In this document: positions 27,806 through 37,191 of the stretch, in pieces | Position numbering within the stretch: the first letter of the stretch is position 1 | Layout of the letters: the number at the start of each line of letters is the position of its first letter | NCBI GenBank assembly: GCA_965202835.1 | Contig: CBDBCA010000002.1 | Location: 925,306-989,305, forward strand | Source of the DNA: Alphaproteobacteria bacterium | GTDB lineage: Bacteria > Pseudomonadota > Alphaproteobacteria > MPNO01 | Direction of reading: 5' to 3' | Length of the DNA: 64,000 bases | Made by a program: the position numbers and the translations under genes | The notes under the pieces: generated by a model | The model's database searches: none | Seen by the model: only the letters and a program-made list of their open reading frames with translations | Told to the model about the DNA's origin: nothing

Positions 27806-30196
27806 ATGCGGGCTAGGCGGCGGCGCGGGATTCGGTCGTGGCTGCGGCGGATTGCAGCCGGGCTGGCGGTATTGGTTGCGGTCGTGCTGGGCGGCGCCTG
27901 GCTCGCGATCGAGACGGCCCGGCCGCGGACCGAGGGAACCGTTGCGCTTGCCGGGATCGACGCGCCGGTTTCGATCGTCCGCGACCGCTACGGGATCCCG
28001 CGTATCGGCGCGAAGACGGAACGGGACGCCTATTTCGCCCTGGGATACGTGCACGCCCAGGACCGGTTCTTTCAGATGGAATTCATGCGGCGCATGGGCG
28101 CCGGGCGACTTTCCGAAATCGTCGGCGAGCCGACGCTCCCGATCGACCGCTGGATGCGCGTGCTCGGCCTTTACCGGCTTGCCGAAGCCTCGCTGGAGCG
28201 GCTTTCGGCGCCCGTCGTCGACAGCCTCGAAGCCTATGCCGCGGGGGTCAACGCCTATCTCGACTCCCATTCCGGTCTGGTGTCGGTCGAGCTCGCGCTT
28301 CTGCTCGCGACGCCGGAGAAGTGGCGTCCGGCGGATTCCCTGGTCTGGGCACGGCTCATGGGGATGCGGCTTTCCGGAAATTCCCGGACGGAGGCGCTGC
28401 GCGCCCGCCTCCTCGAGGTCTTGCCGGCGGAGAAGATCGACGAACTCTGGCCGGGCGTCGCCGGCGATGCGCCGCCCACGATCGCGGCGCTCGGCAACGC
28501 GTCGTTGTTCTCGGCAATTCTCGGGGAGTGGCCGGCGGCCATCGCTCCCGTCACCGCCTCCAATATCTGGGCGGTGGCGGGATCCCGGACCGACACCGGG
28601 AGCCCGATCCTCGCCAACGACCCCCATCTCGGCTTTCGCGCTCCCGGACTCTGGTACCTGGCCCGCATCGAAACCCCTGAACTCACCGTGACGGGGGCCA
28701 CCGTTCCCGGCGTTCCGATGACCGTTCTCGGTCATAACGGTTCGATCGCGTGGGGTCTGACGACCACGGACAGCGACACCGAGGACCTGTATCTGGAGCG
28801 GCTGGACCCCGACGACCCCAACCGATACCTGACGCCGGAGGGGACGCGCGCGTTCGAGGTGCGTGTCGAACGGATCGGGGTCCGGGGCGAGGACGAGGTG
28901 ACGCTCACGGTGCGGTCGACCCGTCACGGACCGGTGATCTCGGATGTGGACCCGAAGGCCGCGAGTATCGCGAAACCGGGCCACGCGGTAGCGCTCGCCG
29001 CGGCGGCGCTGCGCGAGGACGACACCACCGCCGAGGCGGTGTGGAGACTCAACCGGGCGCGGAACTGGGAGCAGTTCGAGGCGGCTCTCGGCTTCTTCCA
29101 TTCGCCGCAGCAGAACGTCGCCTATGCGGACACCGCGGGCAATATCGGGATCGTCGTCCCGGGACGGGTGCCGATCAGGCGCGCGGGCGATGGCCGCTAC
29201 CCGGTGCCCGGATGGACCGGGGATTACGATTGGACCGGCTTCATTCCGTTCGAGGCGTTGCCGCGGCTGTTCAACCCCGCGAACGGGCGCATCGTCAACG
29301 CCAACCACCCCGTCATCGGTCCGGACTACCCGTATCGCCTCGGCCACGGAGACACCCCGCCCTACCGCGCGAAACGCATCCACGCCCTGCTCGACGCTGG
29401 GAACTCGCGAACCGCGGCGGCCGCGGGCGCGATGCAGAACGACTCGGTCTCCCTCGCCGCCCGGGACCTGCTGCCGCTGATGTTGCGGACGGTGAAGGAA
29501 ACGGAAGCGCGATCCGCCGTGCTCGCGCGGCTTCGCGGATGGGACGGGACGATGGACCGCCGCCGCCCGGAACCCCTCGTCTTCGTCGCCTGGCTGCGCG
29601 CGCTGAACCGCCTGCTCTATCGCGACGAGACCGGCGCGATGTTCCCGGATGTCTGGCGCCTGCGCCCCCTGTTCGTGCGGGAGACGCTGAAGCGGGACGG
29701 GAGCTGGTGCGACGACACCGCCACGCCGTCGCGGGAAACCTGCCCCGAGATCGTCGGCAAGGCGCTCGATGCCGCGCTCGCGGAGCTCGGCGCGCGGTTC
29801 GGCGACGAGCCCTCCGAGTGGCGCTGGGGCGATGCCCATTACGCCCATTTCAGGCACTCGGTCTTCGGCTGGATCCCGTTGCTCAACCGGGTGGCCGACA
29901 TCCGTATCCCGGTCGACGGGGGATCGTTCACCGTAAATCGCGGCCAGCACCGCTCCGGACGCATGAACGAACCGTATGCGAGCGTCCACGGCGCGGGCTA
30001 TCGGGCGGTCTACGACCTCTCGGATCTCGACCGGTCGCTGTTCATCCAGGCGACCGGACAGTCGGGCCACCTCACCTCGCCGCACTACCGCGATCTGACG
30101 CCGCTGTGGCGGGACGGGGTGTTCCTCACCATCGGTCCCATCGAGGCCGGCTCGGCACACGCCGCAACGCACCTCACTCTGGAGCCGCGCCGATGA
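27806..30196 (+). CDS. Penicillin acylase-family Ntn-hydrolase (penicillin amidase / AHL-acylase-like), secreted
   Basis: Signal/TM segment IAAGLAVLVAVVLGGAWLA. Family segments (YGIPRI, GYVHAQDRFFQMEF, SNIWAV after the autocleavage Ser, NDPHL). Confidence 0.8.
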   Translation: MRARRRRGIRSWLRRIAAGLAVLVAVVLGGAWLAIETARPRTEGTVALAGIDAPVSIVRDRYGIPRIGAKTERDAYFALGYVHAQDRFFQMEFMRRMGAGRLSEIVGEPTLPIDRWMRVLGLYRLAEASLERLSAPVVDSLEAYAAGVNAYLDSHSGLVSVELALLLATPEKWRPADSLVWARLMGMRLSGNSRTEALRARLLEVLPAEKIDELWPGVAGDAPPTIAALGNASLFSAILGEWPAAIAPVTASNIWAVAGSRTDTGSPILANDPHLGFRAPGLWYLARIETPELTVTGATVPGVPMTVLGHNGSIAWGLTTTDSDTEDLYLERLDPDDPNRYLTPEGTRAFEVRVERIGVRGEDEVTLTVRSTRHGPVISDVDPKAASIAKPGHAVALAAAALREDDTTAEAVWRLNRARNWEQFEAALGFFHSPQQNVAYADTAGNIGIVVPGRVPIRRAGDGRYPVPGWTGDYDWTGFIPFEALPRLFNPANGRIVNANHPVIGPDYPYRLGHGDTPPYRAKRIHALLDAGNSRTAAAAGAMQNDSVSLAARDLLPLMLRTVKETEARSAVLARLRGWDGTMDRRRPEPLVFVAWLRALNRLLYRDETGAMFPDVWRLRPLFVRETLKRDGSWCDDTATPSRETCPEIVGKALDAALAELGARFGDEPSEWRWGDAHYAHFRHSVFGWIPLLNRVADIRIPVDGGSFTVNRGQHRSGRMNEPYASVHGAGYRAVYDLSDLDRSLFIQATGQSGHLTSPHYRDLTPLWRDGVFLTIGPIEAGSAHAATHLTLEPRR

Positions 30197-31416
30197 CCGT
30201 CACCTTCGACGATGTCGAGGCGGCGGCCGGCACGATCGCGGACGGGGTCGTCGAAACGCCGACGGTCCACTCCCCGAAGCTGTCGGAGATGCTGGGAACG
30301 CATATCCGCTTCAAGCTGGAGAACCTTCATTACACCGCCTCCTTCAAGGAGCGCGGCGCTCTCAATTGCCTCCTCGGGTTGGAGGAATCGGAGCGTTCCG
30401 CCGGGGTGATCGCGATGTCCGCGGGGAACCACGCCCAGGCCGTCGCCCGCCATGCGCGGGCGCTGGGCATCGCGGCGACCATCGTGATGCCGAAGAACAC
30501 CCCGTTCCAGAAGATCGCGAACACCGAGGCGCTGGGCGCCGCGGTCGCGCTGGAGGGAAGCGATCTCGCGGAAGCCGCGGCGTTCGCCGATACGGAGGCG
30601 CGGTCGCGCGGGCTCACCCTGATCCATCCTTATGAGGATCCCCGGGTGATCGCGGGTCAGGGCACGGTCGCGCTGGAGTTGCTGAAGGCCGCGCCGGACC
30701 TCGATACGCTCATCGTTCCGGTCGGCGGCGGGGGGCTCATCGCCGGGTGCATCCTCGCGGCCGGGGAACTCAGTCCCGGGATCGAGATCGTCGGGGTCCA
30801 GGCCGCCCGGTGCCCGGCCATGCTGGCGGCGCTCGGCGGAACCGGGCCGGAGCCGCGCGCCGACACCCTGGCCGAGGGAATAGCCGTCAAGCGTCCGGGA
30901 CAAACGACCCGCCGCATCGTCGCCGCTTCGGACACGGAGATCGTGCTGGTTGACGAAGGCGAGATCGAAAGCGCGATCATGCTCATGGCGGAGGTCGAGA
31001 AGCTGGTCGTGGAGGGCGCGGGCGCAGCCGCGCTGGCGGCGATCCTGGCCCATCCGGAACGGTTCCGGGGGCGCCGCGTCGGTGCGATCGTTTCGGGCGG
31101 GAACATCGACCCGCGTCTCCTGGCCGGCGTGCTGATGCGGGGGCTGGTTCGGCTCGGCCGGCTGGTTCGGCTCAGAGCGGAAATCGACGACCTGCCGGGC
31201 CGGCTGGCACAGCTCACCCGGACGGTCGGCCGCCTCGGCGGCGACATCGTCGAGGTCGAGCACCGGCGATGGTTCCACGACGTGCCCGCGCGTAAGACGC
31301 TGGTCGATCTGCTGGTGGAAGTCCGCAGCCCGGAAGAAGCGGGGTTGCTCGTCGACGGGCTGACGGCCGAAGGTTACGAAGTCAGTCGGCTGGGGGCGAC
31401 GTCGCGGATGCGTTGA
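30193..31416 (+). CDS. Threonine ammonia-lyase (PLP-dependent, with C-terminal regulatory domain)
   Basis: PLP-lysine motif SFKERGA and glycine loop GGGGLIAG. ATG overlaps the acylase stop (ATGA). Confidence 0.8.
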   Translation: MTVTFDDVEAAAGTIADGVVETPTVHSPKLSEMLGTHIRFKLENLHYTASFKERGALNCLLGLEESERSAGVIAMSAGNHAQAVARHARALGIAATIVMPKNTPFQKIANTEALGAAVALEGSDLAEAAAFADTEARSRGLTLIHPYEDPRVIAGQGTVALELLKAAPDLDTLIVPVGGGGLIAGCILAAGELSPGIEIVGVQAARCPAMLAALGGTGPEPRADTLAEGIAVKRPGQTTRRIVAASDTEIVLVDEGEIESAIMLMAEVEKLVVEGAGAAALAAILAHPERFRGRRVGAIVSGGNIDPRLLAGVLMRGLVRLGRLVRLRAEIDDLPGRLAQLTRTVGRLGGDIVEVEHRRWFHDVPARKTLVDLLVEVRSPEEAGLLVDGLTAEGYEVSRLGATSRMR

Positions 31417-31906
31417 CCGCGGAATCTCCCGACAGCGCGTTGTAACGGCCCTTGTAATAGAGCAGCGGCCGGCAGTCGTCCTCCCGGTAGGCCATCTCCC
31501 GGATGCGTCCCACGACGATGACGTGGTCCCCGCCCTCGTGGATCGCATGGGTGTCGCATTCGAGATTGGCGAGGCAACCGGGCAGGATCGGGCTTCCGGT
31601 TTTCCAGGTGACGTAGTCGATCCCGTTCCACTTGTCGGGTTGGGAACGGGCGAAGTTGGTCGAGATCCCCTCCTGGTCCTCGCCGAGGACGTTGACCGCG
31701 AAGTGCCGGGAATTCTGGAACGCATCGAAGCTCATCGCGTTGTAATCGAGGCAGAACAGGCAGAGCGGCGGGTCGAGGGAAAGCGAGGTGAACGAATTCG
31801 CGGTCACGCCGTAGAGGGTCCCATCGGCGTCGGCGGTGGTGATCACGGTGATACCGGTGGCGAAGCAGCCGAACGCATCGCGCAACGCCCTCGAATCCAC
31901 AGTCAT
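31382..31906 (-). CDS. Flavin reductase (NAD(P)H:FMN oxidoreductase, HpaC-like) family protein
   Basis: GITVITT...NSFTSLSLDPPL flavin-reductase-domain signature. Its 3' end overlaps the convergent threonine dehydratase by 35 nt. Confidence 0.75.
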   Translation of the reverse strand: MTVDSRALRDAFGCFATGITVITTADADGTLYGVTANSFTSLSLDPPLCLFCLDYNAMSFDAFQNSRHFAVNVLGEDQEGISTNFARSQPDKWNGIDYVTWKTGSPILPGCLANLECDTHAIHEGGDHVIVVGRIREMAYREDDCRPLLYYKGRYNALSGDSAVNASATSPPAD

Positions 31907-32023
31907 CTCGTCTTCCGTCGTCCTGCTCCGCTACGCCGTTTCACGAGAGATGAGCCCGGTCCCATGGGCACGGCCGGGCAAGTCTACTTGAGCGGGGCTT
32001 CCCCTTCAAAGCGCCGGGGCGGG

Positions 32024-32446
32024 TCAGGATTTCGCGGCGGCGGAAAAATAGACCCCGCGGCCGCTGGCGATCAGCCGGTCCCGGGCGTCATGGACCGACG
32101 CCTCGGCGACCGCGTTGGTGCCGCCCAACCGGACCACCCTGCCCTTGGCCACGAGATCGCCGGGCTCGGCGACACGGTGATAGTCGACACGCAGGTCGAC
32201 GGTGGGAACCGGCATGCCGATCTTGGCGGCGAGCGCGAAATCCGCCGCCACGTCTATCAGCGCGCCGATGATTCCGCCGTGGGTGATCCTGAGCTTCGGG
32301 TTGGAGATCATCTCCTCGCGCCATTTCATACCGATCTCGATACCGTCCTCGGTATAGGAGACGATCCTGAGACCCATCCAGGCGTTGAAGTGATTGGCGA
32401 TGAGACGCGCTTCGAGCTTGTCGGCCGCGATCACGTTCTCGGCCAT
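32024..32446 (-). CDS. PaaI-family hotdog thioesterase
   Basis: HGG(I)IGALID motif. Perfect AAGGAGG Shine-Dalgarno upstream of the ATG. Confidence 0.7.
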   Translation of the reverse strand: MAENVIAADKLEARLIANHFNAWMGLRIVSYTEDGIEIGMKWREEMISNPKLRITHGGIIGALIDVAADFALAAKIGMPVPTVDLRVDYHRVAEPGDLVAKGRVVRLGGTNAVAEASVHDARDRLIASGRGVYFSAAAKS

Positions 32447-32697
32447 TCGGGCCTCCTTCGACGGCTAGGCGCAAGCATCTCGTGAACGGGCGCGAAGACT
32501 TGCGACAGGTTTCCTGTATACAAATTAAGTAGTTGAATTTCAATGATTATTTTTCTCATGGCTCGCTTCGGGACCACACTTCGCGGCGCCGTCTCGGGAG
32601 GGTTCGCCGGAGAGCTTCTCATCCGCTGGCAGGCCGCCACCGCAGGCCCTATTATCCGAACGATGAGACGCGCGACGATCGCGAAGTCGAGGCGACG

Positions 32698-33435
32698 ATG
32701 ACCGAGCAGCCGCTCCGCAGGCCGGACCGGTTCTTCTTCGGCACACAGGTCCTGCCCTGCCCCTACGTGCCGGGGCGGAGGGAACGCAAGGTCGTCACCG
32801 ACCTCAGCGGAGCGGGCGCGGCGGAGCTGTATGAGCGCATGTCGCGCGCCGGGTTTCGCCGCAGCCACGGGCTCGCCTATCGTCCGGCCTGTCCGGACTG
32901 CTCCGCCTGCATCCCGATCCGGATCTGCACCGACGGGTTCGAGATGACGCGATCGATCCGGCGGGTCGTGCGCGCCAACGCGGATCTCGCCGCGGAAGAC
33001 CTGTCGGCAATCGCCACCGTCGAGCAATTCCGCCTGTTCGCCCGCTACCAGCGCTCGCGCCACGGCGGCGGCGACATGTCGTCGATGACCTTCGGCGACT
33101 ACCGCTCGATGGTGGAAGACACGCCGATCGACACCCGGCTGATCGAGTTCCGCGCCGACGACGGAACGCTCGTCGGCGTGATGCTGGCCGACCGGCTGAG
33201 CGATTCGCTGTCGGCCGTTTACAGCTTCTTCGCGCCCGACGAGGCACGCCGCAGCCTCGGCACCTACATGGTCTACTGGCTGGTGGAAAAGGCGGCGGAG
33301 AACGGCCTTCCCCACGTCTATCTCGGCTACTGGATCGAGGAATGCGCGAAGATGGCCTACAAGGTCAGATTCCGCCCGGTCGAGATCCTGGGCGCCGGGG
33401 GCTGGCAGGAATACCGGCCGAACGGCGCGGAATAG
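32698..33435 (+). CDS. bpt: Arginyl/leucyl-tRNA-protein transferase (bacterial Bpt/ATE family)
   Basis: ATE C-terminal signatures (FRRSHGLAYRPACPDCSAC, YLGYWI). ATG at 32698 has a GAGG Shine-Dalgarno. The 55 upstream track-ORF codons were rejected. Confidence 0.75.
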   Translation: MTEQPLRRPDRFFFGTQVLPCPYVPGRRERKVVTDLSGAGAAELYERMSRAGFRRSHGLAYRPACPDCSACIPIRICTDGFEMTRSIRRVVRANADLAAEDLSAIATVEQFRLFARYQRSRHGGGDMSSMTFGDYRSMVEDTPIDTRLIEFRADDGTLVGVMLADRLSDSLSAVYSFFAPDEARRSLGTYMVYWLVEKAAENGLPHVYLGYWIEECAKMAYKVRFRPVEILGAGGWQEYRPNGAE

Positions 33436-33450
33436 GCGCCGGCCGACGCC

Positions 33451-36090
33451 TCAGAAATTGAGCGAGATGTCCCGGTGGACGGCGAGGCAGCCGGAGAGCG
33501 CGCTCGCCTGTTCGCCGGTCAGGCGGTCCTGCTGGCGGACGCCGATCGTGTCCCTGATCGCGAGGTCGTAGGCGGCAAGCCCGGGCGCGAGGTCGGTCGC
33601 GGCGCGCGACCGCCAGGCAAGCTCGGCGCGGAACCGCTCGACCGCCTGATCGAAGTTGCGGATCGCCTTCTCCCGGTCGGGGGTCTTTCGGCGGAGCTCC
33701 CGCCGGGCGCGCGACAGCTTGCTGCGGATATGGCCGGCGTTGGCGACCTTGCCGATGCTGCGCTCGACCTTGCGGATCTCGTCCATCGCTTTCTTGGGTG
33801 CGTCGTTCGCGATGACCGGGCGCAACCCGAGGAGCGCGCCCTCGACCGCCCCCAGCTTCCCGGAATCGGCCAACATGGTCCGCAGGGTCGAAACCGCCTC
33901 ATAGGCGCCGTCGACGTTGCGCCGGTAAGCGAGACGGGCGCGGCGCTCCGCGCCGTTGAGGGTCCGGAATTGCTTCTCGGTTTCCTTCCAGCCCGACGGT
34001 ATCCGCGCTTCCAGCGCCTGGCGTTCGCGGATCAGCGAGTCGATCTCCGCACGAAGACTGTCGGAAGCGCCCGTGCGACGGGCCGTCACCTCGAGCGCCT
34101 TCTGTTCGTCGGCCAGCCGGCGGATTTCCGCCTGCAAACCGCGCACCTCGCGATGAACCGGCTTGTAGGACGGGCGCATCGCGGCGGCCATTGCCTCCGC
34201 CTCGCGCACCTTGGCGACGTGCCCGAAGGTCGCGTCCGCGGCATCGAGACCCTCCGCGAAGACCCGGCGGCGGGCATCGGGCAGATAGCTCAGATCGAGG
34301 CGCCGCGCCGTTGAAATGCTCCGGCGCAGGGCGTCCTGCCTGGCGTCGTATTGGGCGAACAGATGATCCTCCAGGCATAGCTGGAGGCGCGGGTTCTTGG
34401 GCGGCGGCGCGGTCTCCGAGCCGAGATAGACCCGGTTCGGCAGGTAGTTCACCAGCGCCGGGAACACGCCGACGATGCCGAGCGCGACCAGCTGCAGGAG
34501 AATGAACGGCACCACGCCGAGATAGATCTGGGTGGTCCTGACCTCGGGAGGCGCGACGCCGCGCAGGTAGAACAGCGCAAATCCGAAGGGCGGCGTCAGG
34601 AACGATGTCTGCATGTTGACGCCGATCATCACGCCGAGCCAGACGGCGGTGACGTTGGCCGAAGTGTCGGCGAGCAGGATCGGCGCGATGATCGGCACCA
34701 CGACGACCGCGATCTCGATGAAGTCGAGGAAGAAGCCGAGGATGAAGATCACCGCCATGACGACGGCGAACTTGGTGTAGAATCCGCCCGGCAGCCCGGT
34801 CAGGAACTCGCGCACCCCTTCCTCGCCGCCGAAGGCGCGGAACGCGGCGGTGAGCATCGCCGCGCCGAGCAGGATGATGAACACCAGCGATGTCGTCTTC
34901 GCGGTCTCGATCATCACGCCGCTCAGCGTGTCGTCGATCTTGTAGGCGCGCCACGCGCTCCACAGCACGGCCGCCAGAAAGACGACGGTCGCGATCCCGG
35001 CGAGCACGATGGCGAATGCCTCGGTATCGCTCTTGATGCTCTTGATGTTGATGTCGACGAAGTAGAGAAGGCCCGCCATCACCAGTATCGCGGCGATGGC
35101 CAGCAATCCGGGAACGAACGCGCCCTTCTCGCCCGCCTTTAGGCGGTAGCCCGCCATGAGCAGCGCGCCGACGGCGCCGATCGCGCCGGCCTGGTTGACC
35201 GTCGCGATGCCCATGATGATCGATCCCAGCACCAGCAGGATCAGCGTGAGCGGGGGGACCAGCGCGACGAGAACGCGGCGTACGAAGCGCCAGTCGTAGC
35301 TCCCCTGGAACGGGACGGGCGGCGCGGTGCCCGGCCTGAGCAACGACAGGACGAGGATGTAGATCATGTAGAGCCCGACCAGCACGAGGCCCGGCAGGAG
35401 CGCGCCCACGAACATGTCCCCCGCGCTGGTCGAGGTCAGGTCGAACTCGGTCGGCATGTTGAACTGGCCGGTCGCCTGCTTGTACTCGGTGGTGCGGAGC
35501 GTGCTTGCCTGATCCGTCGCGTTGGAGAGCTGGTCGGCGAGGATGATCAGCACGATGGAGGGCGGAATGATCTGGCCGAGGGTGCCGGAGGCGCTGATCG
35601 TGCCGGCCGCGAGCGGACGCGAATAGTTGTTGCGCAGCATCACCGGCAACGAAATCAGCCCCATCGCGATCACCGTGGCGCCAACGATGCCGGTGGTCGC
35701 CGCGAGCAGCGCTCCGACGAAGACGACCGCGATCCCGAGCCCGCCCGGGATCGGCCCGAAGAGCTGCGCCATGGTGACCAGCAGATCCTCGGCCACCTTG
35801 GAGCGCTCGAGCATGATCCCCATGAAGACGAAGAGGGGGATCGCGATCAGCGTGTCGCGTTCGACCTCCCAGTAGATGCCGCGGAAATTGGTGACGCCCG
35901 CGTTGAGCCACTGGGTGGGCCCGCCATGGCTGAAATAGGCGTCGGTATTGCCCTCGAACAGATAGCCGGTCAGCGCCGCGAGCCCGATGCTCAGGATCGC
36001 CGAACCCGGCAGCGCGAAAGCGACCGGATATCCGGACGCCAGCGCGAACGCCATGGACAGGATCAGGACAGCGAGAAAGACCGTTTCCAT
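33451..36090 (-). CDS. dctM: TRAP transporter large permease (DctM family) with an approximately 330-aa C-terminal helical cytoplasmic extension
   Basis: Residues 1 to about 545 are polytopic membrane (DctM-like). Residues from about 546 to 879 are Arg/Ala/Glu-rich with predicted coiled-coil character. The reading frame is continuous. Confidence 0.75.
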   Translation of the reverse strand: METVFLAVLILSMAFALASGYPVAFALPGSAILSIGLAALTGYLFEGNTDAYFSHGGPTQWLNAGVTNFRGIYWEVERDTLIAIPLFVFMGIMLERSKVAEDLLVTMAQLFGPIPGGLGIAVVFVGALLAATTGIVGATVIAMGLISLPVMLRNNYSRPLAAGTISASGTLGQIIPPSIVLIILADQLSNATDQASTLRTTEYKQATGQFNMPTEFDLTSTSAGDMFVGALLPGLVLVGLYMIYILVLSLLRPGTAPPVPFQGSYDWRFVRRVLVALVPPLTLILLVLGSIIMGIATVNQAGAIGAVGALLMAGYRLKAGEKGAFVPGLLAIAAILVMAGLLYFVDINIKSIKSDTEAFAIVLAGIATVVFLAAVLWSAWRAYKIDDTLSGVMIETAKTTSLVFIILLGAAMLTAAFRAFGGEEGVREFLTGLPGGFYTKFAVVMAVIFILGFFLDFIEIAVVVVPIIAPILLADTSANVTAVWLGVMIGVNMQTSFLTPPFGFALFYLRGVAPPEVRTTQIYLGVVPFILLQLVALGIVGVFPALVNYLPNRVYLGSETAPPPKNPRLQLCLEDHLFAQYDARQDALRRSISTARRLDLSYLPDARRRVFAEGLDAADATFGHVAKVREAEAMAAAMRPSYKPVHREVRGLQAEIRRLADEQKALEVTARRTGASDSLRAEIDSLIRERQALEARIPSGWKETEKQFRTLNGAERRARLAYRRNVDGAYEAVSTLRTMLADSGKLGAVEGALLGLRPVIANDAPKKAMDEIRKVERSIGKVANAGHIRSKLSRARRELRRKTPDREKAIRNFDQAVERFRAELAWRSRAATDLAPGLAAYDLAIRDTIGVRQQDRLTGEQASALSGCLAVHRDISLNF

Positions 36091-37088
36091 CAGGCGCTCT
36101 CGCCCGGCTCGGGTTCATTCAACAGGGTCGCGGCGTTGGCGAGGAACTGGCTGAGGAACTGGGCCAGCATCGACAGCGCATAGACCAGGAGGAACCCCGC
36201 CATCAGGTACTTTACATACATGCCGTAGCCGCTCTGAGAGACCTCGAAACTCAGCAACGGCGCGTTGATGAGATTGGACTTGTCCCCCAGGCCGCGGACC
36301 AGAATGACCCAGCAAAGCGGCACGCCGAGCAGTGCCGCGCCGAGCGCGTTGGTCCACGCCTTGCCGCGGGCGCTGAACCCGGTATAGAGGACATCGACCC
36401 GGACGTGGCCCTCATGAAGCAGGGTGTAGGCGCTGGCGAACAGGAACAGGGCCGCGTACCAGAACCGGACCAGATCGCCCATGAAGGCTTGCTCGTAGGA
36501 GAAAACGAAGCGTGCGATGACGATCTGGAGTTCGGCCAGGACGATCAGAAAAGCGAGCCAGGTGAACCCGATGGTTCGGGTCAACGCGGCGACGATCAGC
36601 GCGACGCCGATCAACGGAAAGTGCACGAATTGGCCCCGGAACCGCGACTTGCCGAGTGACTCCGCGAGCTCCGCGCCGACCGTGCCGACGAGCAGACCCT
36701 CGACCCGGAGGAACGAAATCGCCATGTCGACGAGGCCGACCAGGAGCACGCCCCAGAAGGCGGCGCGCGCGATATAGGCGGCAGCGGCGGACAGTATCTC
36801 GGCGTCGCTGTGCATCGGACGCCCGCGCCACCAGGCATAGACGAATGGCCCCAACACCGCCGCCGCATAGGCCGCGAACTGGAGCCAGCCGAGCGCCGCG
36901 CCGGTAGCGTCGAGGCCGGCCCCCTTGGGACTGAAACCCAGCACGCCGAGATGGCCGAACAGGCCTTCGAGCCCGGGCCAGCCGCGCCAGAAAATCAGGT
37001 AGTTACAGAGCGTGAATACGAAGGCGACGGCGGCCGTCGCGAGGGCAAGGCCGCGCAGCGCGGTCGCCAGCCAGCCACCGGCGATCAC
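36090..37088 (-). CDS. dctQ: TRAP transporter small permease (DctQ family) with an approximately 150-aa N-terminal membrane extension
   Basis: The C-terminal half matches DctQ (HEGHVRVDVLYTGFSARGKAW). It has a GTG start, and its stop overlaps the dctM ATG (ATGA). Confidence 0.7.
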   Translation of the reverse strand: MIAGGWLATALRGLALATAAVAFVFTLCNYLIFWRGWPGLEGLFGHLGVLGFSPKGAGLDATGAALGWLQFAAYAAAVLGPFVYAWWRGRPMHSDAEILSAAAAYIARAAFWGVLLVGLVDMAISFLRVEGLLVGTVGAELAESLGKSRFRGQFVHFPLIGVALIVAALTRTIGFTWLAFLIVLAELQIVIARFVFSYEQAFMGDLVRFWYAALFLFASAYTLLHEGHVRVDVLYTGFSARGKAWTNALGAALLGVPLCWVILVRGLGDKSNLINAPLLSFEVSQSGYGMYVKYLMAGFLLVYALSMLAQFLSQFLANAATLLNEPEPGESA

Positions 37089-37191
37089 CCGCAGGCCCCG
37101 GCGGCGGAAGAAACGAAACGATACATGTCCCGACGCCGAGCCGGCGGCCGGACGGACATTTCATCCGCCCGGCCGCCTCGCGACTTAAGCG

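Noticed and set aside
33899-36118. The 739-aa alternative-frame ORF within dctM
   Set aside because: It lies in the +1 frame of a gene with clear transmembrane-helix periodicity. Its translation is Arg/Gly/Asp-rich and implausible for a membrane protein.
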